Positions 10,403 through 21,142 of a stretch of 61,654 nucleotides of DNA are shown here, in pieces. The stretch is from an uncultured Chloroflexia bacterium (GTDB lineage: Bacteria > Chloroflexota > Anaerolineae > B4-G1 > SLSP01), in assembly GCA_963751345.1 (NCBI GenBank), contig CAVVUS010000041.1, forward strand, positions 1 to 61,654, written 5' to 3'. Numbering within the stretch: the first letter of the stretch is position 1; every line of letters begins with the position of its first letter. The notes below the pieces were generated by a model, which was not told the DNA's origin, made no database searches, and was given only the letters and a program-made list of their open reading frames with translations. The position numbers and the translations under genes are program-made.

Positions 10403-11251
10403 ATGTACACACTCAGGAACGACATGCTGGACGTCTCGATTCTCGACCCGGTCGCCGACCGGGAGCGGCTCGGGACGCGCTATTGCACCGGCGGTTACAT
10501 CTTCAGCATCACCGACGCCAATCTCGGCGACCTGATGAGCGGCCCGACCTATCCCGACAGCTTCAACGTCTTCGACGGACAGGGCATCCCGGACAGCTTC
10601 AACCTCAGCCCACTGCTGGCCTGGCCCGGCCCAAAGCACCCTCACGCGCCCGTGCCCGAGGTGCCACACGATGCCCACGCCCTGGTGCTCGGCGTCGGCG
10701 TGTGCGACCTGGAAGAAAGCACCGTCTTGGAATGGTGTGAGTGGCAGGTCGAGGCGTCGGACACCATGGTCAGGATGTCAACCCATCACTCGTTCCGAGG
10801 CTTTGAGGTGGATCTGGTGCGCAGCGTCAGCCTGCTTGGGCGAACCCTGCGGTCGTGGACACAGGTGCGAAACGGACGACGCCCCGTGCCGATCCGCTGG
10901 TTCCCGCACCCCTTCTACCCGCACCCCGCGACCGACGAGCTGGTCAAGTTCAACATTCGGGTCACTTTCCCTGAGAACCCCGGCTACATGATGGCGCCGA
11001 GCGGCTTCATCAGCCGCAAGGACTGGCCGTGGCAGGGCGGCCCCTATCAGGCCCTCGACCACGCCGCGACCACCAACCTCGTCGTGATGCAGAAGCACCC
11101 CAAGCTGGGGCTCGTCGGGGCGACGTGCAGCTACATCCCGTCCTTCTTCCCGATCTGGGGCAACGCCAATACCTTCTCGTGGGAGCCCTTCCTCGAGCGC
11201 TCGCTCGCGCCGGGGCAGGAGACCAGTTGGTGGATTGACTACGAGTTCTAG
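10403..11251 (+). CDS. Hypothetical protein, possibly galactose-mutarotase-like fold
   Basis: AGGAGG RBS; FPHPF and SWEP resemble aldose epimerase motifs. Confidence 0.5.
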   Translation: MYTLRNDMLDVSILDPVADRERLGTRYCTGGYIFSITDANLGDLMSGPTYPDSFNVFDGQGIPDSFNLSPLLAWPGPKHPHAPVPEVPHDAHALVLGVGVCDLEESTVLEWCEWQVEASDTMVRMSTHHSFRGFEVDLVRSVSLLGRTLRSWTQVRNGRRPVPIRWFPHPFYPHPATDELVKFNIRVTFPENPGYMMAPSGFISRKDWPWQGGPYQALDHAATTNLVVMQKHPKLGLVGATCSYIPSFFPIWGNANTFSWEPFLERSLAPGQETSWWIDYEF

Positions 11252-11270
11252 CCACGGATGACACGGGGAT

Positions 11271-11396
11271 TGTCTGAATCACGGATTGAGAGGATTACTC
11301 GGATTTCACGGATGGCCTGGGAATCGAAGGTGCCGGGCCTTCAGTGACGTGTCGTCCGTGAAATCAGTGTCATCCGTCGAATCCGTGATTCAGACA
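11271..11396. repeat. REP/MITE-like inverted-repeat element
   Basis: 17-bp perfect IR TGTCTGAATCACGGATT / AATCCGTGATTCAGACA plus inner GATTTCACGGA / TCCGTGAAATC. Confidence 0.75.
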
Positions 11397-12676
11397 GGCT
11401 TGTACACTCGATCCACCTCGCGCCGCGCGATCTCGACGGCGCGGCGGGCATTGTTCAGATCGCCGTGGACCGTGTAGACGTCGCGGATGATGAACTCGAC
11501 GAAGACGCCGCGGGTCGCCTCCAGCGTGGCGCGGATGTGCGCCGCCCAGGCCTCCTCGTCCAGTCGCTGATCGACGCTGAGGAAGTTGGGGTCGGGCTTG
11601 CGGGAGTAGACGATCTCGGTGCCCTGCAGCGCCTCGCCCATGAAGCGCTCGTCACACCAGCGCGAGATCGATACCTTCTTCAGGTTGGGCATCGCGCTGA
11701 TATCGGCCCAGAAGGGATGCGCGGGCTCGCAGCAGCCGTAATAGACCAGGCCCACGGGCTCGCAGACGTCGCGGTAATAGGGGAAACAGAACTCGTGGAA
11801 CATCCTCGGGGAGATGCCGACGGTCTCCTGGCTGTTTGCGTTTCCCCACATGTCGCGCAGTCGCGCGGGGCCGCCGTCGTAGCCCGGCGCGGGCAGCTTC
11901 GTGGTGAAGTCGTAGCTTGACCCGAAGCTCTCCTGGTTGCCGTTGTTGAGCCGCAGCAGTCCCTCAGCCTCGGCCCACCGCATCACGCGGAGCGCGTTGT
12001 CGCGCAGGTACCCCATCAGCCGGTGCACCTCGTCGGGGGCATCGACCATCGCCATGAAGTAGGCCTGCATCCCCATCAACTCGACGACGCGGTGGGTCAG
12101 CATCGAGCAGCCGAAGACCCCGGTGCGGATCTCCACGGGCAGCAGGTCGCCCAGCAGGTCCTGGAGAAAGGCCTGCCACGCCCACGTCCGCTCGCGGTCG
12201 ACGCTGCAGGTGGCGGGCTTCAACAGGTGGAAGTCCTCGCGCAGGTCCTTGATCGGGTGCTTCCAGCGGTAGCCCGTCTCGATCCCGTCGGCGTCCTTGA
12301 CCGTCTCCTGCTCGATGACCACGCCAAACTCATCGATGTCGACGGCCCAGCCGATGTCGTAGGTATCGGGGATCACTTTGTCATCGTCGATCAGCTCGTG
12401 ATTGCGGACGTTGCGCAGGAGTTGGCGCTCGATCGACCGGCCCAGGTCCGACGTACAGCGGTAGATGCCGTCGGGCATGAAGTCGCGGTCGAAGGTCCAC
12501 GTCTCGATGATCACCGGCGGTCGTGCACCGGCGCGCCCATCGTTCAGGTCGTACCACTGCTGCTTGCGCGCCGCCATCACCGGCAGCGCCGCGATCTCCG
12601 CCTGCCGCGCCGCCAACTCGCGCAGGATCGCGCGATCCCCGTCAGGGAGTGTCCACGCCGTCATATGTTTACTCAA
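11390..12676 (-). CDS. Conserved protein, uroporphyrinogen decarboxylase-like TIM barrel
   Basis: SQETVGISP, YYGCCE, KVSISRW, SRKPDP. Confidence 0.6.
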   Translation of the reverse strand: MSKHMTAWTLPDGDRAILRELAARQAEIAALPVMAARKQQWYDLNDGRAGARPPVIIETWTFDRDFMPDGIYRCTSDLGRSIERQLLRNVRNHELIDDDKVIPDTYDIGWAVDIDEFGVVIEQETVKDADGIETGYRWKHPIKDLREDFHLLKPATCSVDRERTWAWQAFLQDLLGDLLPVEIRTGVFGCSMLTHRVVELMGMQAYFMAMVDAPDEVHRLMGYLRDNALRVMRWAEAEGLLRLNNGNQESFGSSYDFTTKLPAPGYDGGPARLRDMWGNANSQETVGISPRMFHEFCFPYYRDVCEPVGLVYYGCCEPAHPFWADISAMPNLKKVSISRWCDERFMGEALQGTEIVYSRKPDPNFLSVDQRLDEEAWAAHIRATLEATRGVFVEFIIRDVYTVHGDLNNARRAVEIARREVDRVYKPV

Positions 12677-12712
12677 GTTGTCCCTGCAATTCCCAATGCT
12701 TACTTAAGTGAT

Positions 12713-12967
12713 TTACTCGTGCAGCGCATGAACAATCAACGGAACGATGGTCGGAACTTCCTCTACGACCGTCTTCCAGAGAACAGCCAGATCCACTCCG
12801 AAGTAACGATGGATCAGCACATCGCGCATTCCTGCAATCTTGCGCCACGGTATCTCAGGATGACGCTGCCGCCAGGAGGGTGGAATCTGTTTGGCAGCCT
12901 CTCCTGCGATCTCAAGTGCATCAAGAAGATCTTTCAAGTAGTCGAGGAACGTCCGCTCGACGCTCAT
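12713..12967 (-). CDS. HepT-like (DUF86) HEPN RNase toxin, internally shortened
   Basis: [20 protein letters not shown]; only 84 aa; ATGA overlap with MNT. Confidence 0.8.
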   Translation of the reverse strand: MSVERTFLDYLKDLLDALEIAGEAAKQIPPSWRQRHPEIPWRKIAGMRDVLIHRYFGVDLAVLWKTVVEEVPTIVPLIVHALHE

Positions 12968-13272
12968 ACGGGAATGGCTTCTTCGAGGATGCGTTGGCCG
13001 ATGTGCGGTTTCAACGCACTCTTCATCACCAGATCGACGTCCACACCGAGCAAATCGGCGAGACGGAGCTTGAGCCCGACAAACTCGAGCAACCCGGGGG
13101 TGGCACGGAACGTGACGAGAATATCGAGGTCGCTGTCTGGGCGTTGCTCACCGCGAACGTAAGAGCCGAAAAGGCTCAGCGAGTCGACAGCATACTCCGT
13201 TCGCAATTCGGGCAGGTGCTGCGCCAGGATAGCCCGTATCCGTTCAACGTCGCCAGTCAAAGACTCAGCCAT
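12964..13272 (-). CDS. MntA-like minimal nucleotidyltransferase antitoxin
   Basis: [16 protein letters not shown] (GSX10DXD), VDLV. Confidence 0.88.
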   Translation of the reverse strand: MAESLTGDVERIRAILAQHLPELRTEYAVDSLSLFGSYVRGEQRPDSDLDILVTFRATPGLLEFVGLKLRLADLLGVDVDLVMKSALKPHIGQRILEEAIPV

Positions 13273-13413
13273 AATCCACCAACCTCTCAACTGACTGGCT
13301 AAAGTATGGACACAATCGGGAACCAAGAAACTCAGCCAGTTCCACCGCACGTCTACTATCATTATAGCATGCGGCGGAGGGTGCGCTCAGTCTCAGCAGT
13401 TTCTTGGCGGAGA

Positions 13414-14424
13414 TCAACCTGGATGAGGATTCGCCGCCGGAGGGCAACCGAAACACAACCTTTGAGCGCCGATATCGGCGCTCAAAGGTTGTCCGTCTCC
13501 CCTAACTCGGTGACCCGTCGCTGGCCAGCGTTGCGCCGCGACCGCCTCCGGCGCCTCACCCTGCGAGCGCGCGATCGAGGCCATCGCGGCGAGGTTGCCG
13601 CCCAACTGCATCGTCTCCAGCGCCGAGCTCGGCACGACGATCAGGGTGGCCTTGGTCTTGAGGCCTTCGTAGACCATGTTCATGGCCCGCAGGTGCAGCG
13701 CGGTGGGATCCTTGGCGTACATCCTGGACGCGGCCACGAAGCTGTCCGCAATCTGCCGCTCGGATTCACCCAGGATCACGCGCGCCTGCCGCTCGCGCTC
13801 GGCCTGTGCCTGCATCGACATCGCGTCCTGCAGGTTGGACGGGATCGTCACGTCACGGATCTCCACCGATTGCACCGTGATTCCCCACGGCTCGGTGCGC
13901 AGTTCGATCATCTGCTGCAAGGCTGCATCGATCTTCTCGCGCCCGGCCAGCATATCGGCCAGATCGGTCTTGCCGATCACATCCCGCAGTGCCGTCTGGG
14001 ATGCCCAGGAAATCGCGCCGCGATAGTCGACCACCTCCAGGGCAGCTTTCTTGGAATCGACGACCTTCCAGAAGAGGACCGCGTCGACGTCCACGGGCAC
14101 GGTATCCTTGGTCAGCGTCTTCTCCGCCGTGAAGCTGGTCAGGATAACCCGTACGTCGATCCAGTAGGTGATGACGTCGATGATCGGGATGATCATAAAG
14201 ATCCCCGGCCCCTTGAGGCCCTGGAATTTCCCGAACCGCATCACCACGGCCCGATCCCACTGATTTGCCACCTTGATGGACGCCCCCAACAGCAGGGCCA
14301 GGAAGAACGTGACCACCCCGACGACGAGCCCGGCAGTCGGGTTGGTATTGAGCATCGCCGCGGCCACCGCCCACCCGATGGCCAGCACGATGACTCCGAC
14401 AATACTGCCAATTGTGTTTCGCAT
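13414..14424 (-). CDS. SPFH/band-7 stomatin-like (slipin) protein
   Basis: N-terminal TM helices, GPG, LTKDTVPVDVD, QAQAERE; ATG after GGAGG; true stop may be TAG at 13502 if there is an indel. Confidence 0.88.
   Translation of the reverse strand: MRNTIGSIVGVIVLAIGWAVAAAMLNTNPTAGLVVGVVTFFLALLLGASIKVANQWDRAVVMRFGKFQGLKGPGIFMIIPIIDVITYWIDVRVILTSFTAEKTLTKDTVPVDVDAVLFWKVVDSKKAALEVVDYRGAISWASQTALRDVIGKTDLADMLAGREKIDAALQQMIELRTEPWGITVQSVEIRDVTIPSNLQDAMSMQAQAERERQARVILGESERQIADSFVAASRMYAKDPTALHLRAMNMVYEGLKTKATLIVVPSSALETMQLGGNLAAMASIARSQGEAPEAVAAQRWPATGHRVRGDGQPLSADIGAQRLCFGCPPAANPHPG
13455..13492. repeat. Perfect 38-bp palindrome
   Basis: ACAACCTTTGAGCGCCGAT|ATCGGCGCTCAAAGGTTGT. Confidence 0.85.
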
Positions 14425-14744
14425 ACCTCCAGCTCCTTTCGGGGCACCAGTCTTATGGAGCAGAGCCAAGGTCCGCTCTTGCTGCCCCGCTCCATCATAG
14501 TAGCGCGCGCGCCGGCGTTTCTGGGATCGGTCGACGGTTGGCTAGTGGATGGAAATGGTTGGAAGTCGCGACAGAGCGGACGTTCGATAGTTGGCAGAGT
14601 GCACAGAGCCGCACACGCTGCTCCTGTGGCAAAATGGCCCATTTGGGTACTGGTCATGCACACCCTCCCCCATCTATAATGGATCATAGGTTGCCCCTCG
14701 TGCTTTCCCCCACGAGATTCGCAGACAGATAGGAGAATAGGACG

Positions 14745-16347
<1,603 letters not shown>

Positions 16348-16368
16348 GAAACCGACAAGAACGGAGAC

Positions 16369-16474
16369 GGACCGCGGGCGTCTCGCCCGCTCTGGCGACG
16401 GTAAACTGTGCGCAGATAGTTGTTTCCACGTCGTGGGAGCTCCCGCGCACTGGCGGGCGAGACGCCCGCAGTCC
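16369..16474. repeat. Inverted REP-like doublet
   Basis: GGACCGCGGGCGTCTCGCCCGC and GCGGGCGAGACGCCCGCAGTCC; each arm is itself palindromic. Confidence 0.7.
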
Positions 16475-16490
16475 TCAGAGCCTTAGCCGA

Positions 16491-16715
16491 CTAGAACGCT
16501 GTCTCCTGCAGCGACTTCGACGCAAATAGAAGACACGCCTGAATATCCTCGTGCGTCAGACCCTCGTATTCATTCAGAATCTCCGCTTCCGTCGCCCCGT
16601 GGGCAAGCAGGTTGAGAATGTGGTCGACGGTCAGCCGGGTGCCACGGATCACGGGCTTACCGACCATGACTCTGGAATCAAGGGTGATACGCTGCAAGAG
16701 CTGTCGATCACTCAT
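16491..16715 (-). CDS. DUF433 family protein
   Basis: GKPVIRGTR, LTHEDIQACL; GGAGG RBS. Confidence 0.85.
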   Translation of the reverse strand: MSDRQLLQRITLDSRVMVGKPVIRGTRLTVDHILNLLAHGATEAEILNEYEGLTHEDIQACLLFASKSLQETAF

Positions 16716-16753
16716 CATCGCCTCCAGCCCTATTATATCTCGAAACCTCACCC

Positions 16754-16806
16754 GGTAGAGGCACAGCGCCGCGAGGTACGCAGGACAGGCATGCTGCGCC
16801 CCTACC
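16754..16806. repeat. GTAG-type REP-like inverted repeat
   Basis: GGTAGAGGCACAGC ... GCTGCGCCCCTACC. Confidence 0.55.
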
Positions 16807-16823
16807 CGTACACCTCTAGGAGC

Positions 16824-19215
16824 CTACAGTGTGATCCGCACGACGTCGGCGCCAGCCTCGGGAGCGATCAGCGTCCCCAGCGGCTCGACGGAGGCTATCC
16901 CCTCCTCCACCGACGCCACCGCATCGACCCCACGCAGCAGCACTGACCACGGCCCGGTTGCGCCCTCTGCCTCTACCGTGATCTCGCCATCCTCGCGGCG
17001 CGCGGTGACGCGCATCGCGGTGGCGCCGCCCAGCGTGGGCACGGTCGCCGTTGCCGTCGCGCCCTCCGCAAGCTCAAAGACGTGGAAGGTGACCCCGTCG
17101 GCGTAGTCGTAGTCGGGCCGCTGGTCGTTCGCGCCGACCGGGATGATGGACCCGGGCCGCGCCATCAGCGGCAACGATGTGAAGTCGTGGGTCTCGCGCA
17201 CCCAGCGCCCACCCTCGACGACCTCGCCGGTCAGGAAGTGGGTCCACCGCCCCGCGGGCAGGTAGTAGTCGACGACGCCCTCGTGAGTGAAGACCGGCGC
17301 CACCAGCAGCGCGTCCCCGAGCATGTACTGGCGATCGAGCGTGTCGCAGCCTGGGTCGTCGGGGAACTCCAGGTGCATTGCCCGCAGCACCGGCGTGCCG
17401 TGATCGTGCGCTTCGACGCCCGCGCCGAAGAGGTAGGGCATCAGCCGGCACTTGAGGTTGGTGAAGAACCGCAGGACGTCCACCGCCTCGTCGTCGAATA
17501 GCCAGGGCACGCGGTACGAACTCGACCCGTGGAGCCGGCTGTGCGACGAGAGCAGCCCGAAGGCGCACCAGCGCTTGTAGACGTCGGCCGACGCGGTGCG
17601 CTCGAACCCACCCATGTCGTGGCTCCAGAAGCCGAAGCCCGAGAGTCCCAGCGAGAGCCCGCCGCGCAGACTCTCCGCCATCGACTCGAAGGTCGCGGTG
17701 GAGTCGCCGCCCCAGTGCACGGGGAACTGCTGTCCGCCCGCCGTCGCCGACCGCGCGAAGAGCACCGCCTGCCCCTCCCCCAGCTCCTCGGTCAGCACGT
17801 CGTGGACCGTCTTATTGTAGAGGAAGGTGTAGTAGTTGTGCATCTTGACGGGGTCGGAGCCGTCGAAGTAGACGACGTCGGTGGGGATCCGCTCGCCGAA
17901 GTCGGTCTTGAAGCAGTCGACGCCCATCCGAACCAACGCGCGCAGCTTCTCCTGGTACCACCTGCACGCATCGGGGTTGGTGAAGTCGACGATGCCCATC
18001 CCGGACTGCCACTCATCCCACTGCCAGACGCTGCCATCCTCACGCTTGAGCAGGTAGCCATTGGCCATTCCCTCGTCGAAGAGGGCCGAACGCTCGCCGA
18101 TGTAGGGGTTGATCCAAACGCAGATCTTGAGCCCGCGCGCCCTGAGGCGGGCCAACATCGCCGCGGGGTCCGGGAAGAGATCCTCGTCCCACTCGAAGTC
18201 ACACCAATGGTAGGCCTTCATCCAGAAGCAATCGAAGTGGAAGACGTGGAGCGGCAGGTCGCGGTCGGCCATGCCCTGGATGAAGCTCGTCACGGTCCCC
18301 TCGTCGTAGTCAGTGGTGAACGAGGTGGTGAGCCAGAGCCCGAAGGACCACGCCGGCGGCAGCGCCGGGCGCCCGGTCAGCGCCGTGTAGCGATCCAGCA
18401 CCTCTTTAGGGGTTGGGCCGTAGATCACGTAGTAGGTCAAGGTCTCGCCGGGCACGCTGAACTGGACGCGCTCCACCTTCTCCGAGGCGACCTCAAACGC
18501 GACCTGCTCGGGGTGAGCGACGAAGACGCCGTAGCCCCGGTTGGTCAGGTAGAAAGGAATGTTCTTGTAGGCCTGCTCGCTGGCGGTGCCGCCGTCGGCG
18601 TTCCACATATCGACGGTCTGGCCGTTCTTGACGAAGGGCGTGAACCGCTCGCCCAGCCCGTAGACGCACTCGCCGACGCCAAGTGCGAGCTCATCCTTGA
18701 TATATCGCTCGGACGCGTAGCCCTCGGGGACAGTCCAGATGGTCGGTGCCCGCTCAGGCTCGTGCATCCACGGGTCCACGTCGACGATGCCCAGGCCGCG
18801 CCAGCCGCTGCCGGTGAGGACCCGTTCGCCGTCACCCTCGCGGGCCACAAACTCGACGCCCCACGCCTCGCCCTTGGCCACGCGCACGGTGAGCGCGCCG
18901 CTCGTCAGCGTCGCGACCTCGGCGTCGTTCGTGATCGTCACGCCGGACGCGCCGCTCGGCCAGGATCTCGAACGCCGGGCCGCGAACGCGCCCGCCCTTG
19001 AGGTGACGCGCCTCGACCCGGATGACGTTCTCCATCGGCGAGGTGTAGCGCACCGTCATCACCGGCGCGCCAAGGGTATCGCCGCGCCCCGATATCTGGT
19101 TCGTCGGCGCATGCACCGTCAGCACACCATCCCCAACCTCGGCGTCGTAGACCTGCTGCGCCAGGTGGGGCGTAAGCCCCGGACGTACGTGCCAGTAGCC
19201 GTTTGTGAATTTCAT
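16824..19215 (-). CDS. yicI: Alpha-xylosidase, GH31 (frameshift ~18950)
   Basis: MKFTNGYW, YGLGERF, FHFDCFWMK, KTDFGERIP, HWGGD, SHSRLHGS. Confidence 0.9.
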
Positions 19216-19262
19216 AGGATGCTCCCTTCGTAACTAGAGATCACCAATCTCGGTCCGGACGC

Positions 19263-20231
19263 TTACAGCGCCTCCGCCTGCGCGATGATCGTCTCGCGTC
19301 GCGGGCGGACATCTACGCCAGCCTGCTCCATCGCGAGCATCACCGCCCCGGCGACGGGCGGCGCGGTGAGACGCGTGAGCCGTGCCCCGGGCGCGACGGC
19401 GCGGATCGTCTCCAGCATGACGTCGCTCAACACCGGGCTGCCCTTGTAGAGGCTGCCGATCTGCACCACCTCGAAAGCCACGTCCTCGATCCCTAACTGG
19501 CGGATGACGCCTACCGCCAGATCGCCCAGCTCTCGACCAGACCAAGCAACCAGGTCCTGCGCAGCGGCGTCGCCTTCCTCGGCTGCCCTGAAGATCAGGG
19601 GAGCAGCATCGGTGTCGATCCGGTAGCGGCCCATGAAGAGCCCCTCCAGCAGATCCTCGGCGCCTTTGGCCCCGGCGTAGGCGATGAACGCCTCGGTTAG
19701 CTTGGTCTCGGGGCCACGGCGTGTGAACGCGCGGGAAACGGCCCGGACGGCCTCCGGGACCAGGGTGTCGGCGCCGCCGTACTCGCCCAGCATCGCCGCG
19801 CCGCCCGTTGTATGGCCAAGCCGACCGTGTGCGTCGCGCCCCCAGCAGTTGGCACCCGTCCCCGCGACGAGACCCAACCCCCACCCCGTCGTCGCACCGG
19901 CGATCAGGCCGATGACACAGTCATTGACCAGTGCCGTGGGCGCGGCTAGGCCAAGCGTCGCGAGTGCATCGAGGTGCGGCTGCCGCTCGCCGGGCCAGTC
20001 GTAGCCCGCGATACCGAAGCCCGCCCCCGCGAGGTCAGCAATCGTGATGCCTGCGGAGGACAGAACGGCGCGGGCTACGTCGCGAAGCGCCGTTTCCAGC
20101 CCCTCCCAGCCGACGACCTCATAGTTTCCGGCACCCGCGAGGCCGGTTCCCACGACACGTCCACGCTCGTCGACAATCAGAGCGTAGGTCTTGGTGCCGC
20201 CAACGTCGACACCCAAGTAGTAGCTTGGCAT
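19263..20231 (-). CDS. BadF/BadG/BcrA/BcrD-family sugar (GlcNAc-type) kinase
   Basis: GVDVGGTKT, VND, AGTG, GEYGG. Confidence 0.85.
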   Translation of the reverse strand: MPSYYLGVDVGGTKTYALIVDERGRVVGTGLAGAGNYEVVGWEGLETALRDVARAVLSSAGITIADLAGAGFGIAGYDWPGERQPHLDALATLGLAAPTALVNDCVIGLIAGATTGWGLGLVAGTGANCWGRDAHGRLGHTTGGAAMLGEYGGADTLVPEAVRAVSRAFTRRGPETKLTEAFIAYAGAKGAEDLLEGLFMGRYRIDTDAAPLIFRAAEEGDAAAQDLVAWSGRELGDLAVGVIRQLGIEDVAFEVVQIGSLYKGSPVLSDVMLETIRAVAPGARLTRLTAPPVAGAVMLAMEQAGVDVRPRRETIIAQAEAL

Positions 20232-20311
20232 AGGGTCCCCTCAGTTGGATAGTGGATGCTTGATGCTCGATGTTCGGTTTTGCATTGTCTGCCGAACAGA
20301 TCCTGTTCGGG

Positions 20312-21142
20312 TCACAGAACAGATGCCACCGGCAAGGCCCGATATCGAGCGGTTTCGGCATCCAGAAAGGCCAGGATGTAGTCAATGAAGGCGCGATCAA
20401 GGGCGAGGCTCTGATAGAGGGCCTTTTCCTCAGACAATGCCGCAATCAGCTTGATAGCAGCCTGATAACTGAGGGCCAGGTCGAGCCGGGCGCTTCTCGG
20501 GCGAATCCGGTCCAGCCACGCCGCCTCTTCGGGGCTGAGTGCGTCGATCAGGACCTTGCTCTCGTAAGCACCCAGACGCCGCGAGAACGTCTCCGGCTGC
20601 CAGCCGAAGTGACGCTCGTAGAGCAGCACCAGCGCGAGGTCGGTGATGCTTTCCCAACGCCGGTACATATCCACGTCCCGCCTGAAGAGGCACTTCGTGA
20701 ACCTGCCGACCGAGAAGAGAATATCCGTCAGGACGTAGGCAGCGTCGCGCCGAATCTCCACGGCTTCAAGACGCGAGGAGCTTTCTCCCCTCTTTGCCGG
20801 ATCGTCGTACACGACCATGACCGGCCAGTCCTCCTTGCCACCGATCGAGAAGTCGACCTTCTGATAGGGGCTGTAGTCCTGGAGCATCACCATCTCGGCG
20901 TACCAACGATCCGTTCCACCCAGCGTAAACGTCGCCCGAATCGGCGAGATGGCGCCAAACACGTCGCGATACTCGGCCTTGGTCCTCGCCGGATCGCTGG
21001 AATAGACGATGATGTCGATATCGGAATACGCATCGTGCCGGCCCTCGACTTCGCGGCCGAACAGACAGATGCGCCAGATTTCGTCCCGCGCGGAGAAGCC
21101 GTCGATCAGTCGGTCTCGAAGCTCCTCACGCGTCCGAGCCAT
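20312..21142 (-). CDS. Nucleotidyltransferase-domain protein (aminoglycoside/lincosamide NTase-like)
   Basis: LFGR...DAYSDID, KVDF; helical C-terminal domain. Confidence 0.6.
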   Translation of the reverse strand: MARTREELRDRLIDGFSARDEIWRICLFGREVEGRHDAYSDIDIIVYSSDPARTKAEYRDVFGAISPIRATFTLGGTDRWYAEMVMLQDYSPYQKVDFSIGGKEDWPVMVVYDDPAKRGESSSRLEAVEIRRDAAYVLTDILFSVGRFTKCLFRRDVDMYRRWESITDLALVLLYERHFGWQPETFSRRLGAYESKVLIDALSPEEAAWLDRIRPRSARLDLALSYQAAIKLIAALSEEKALYQSLALDRAFIDYILAFLDAETARYRALPVASVL

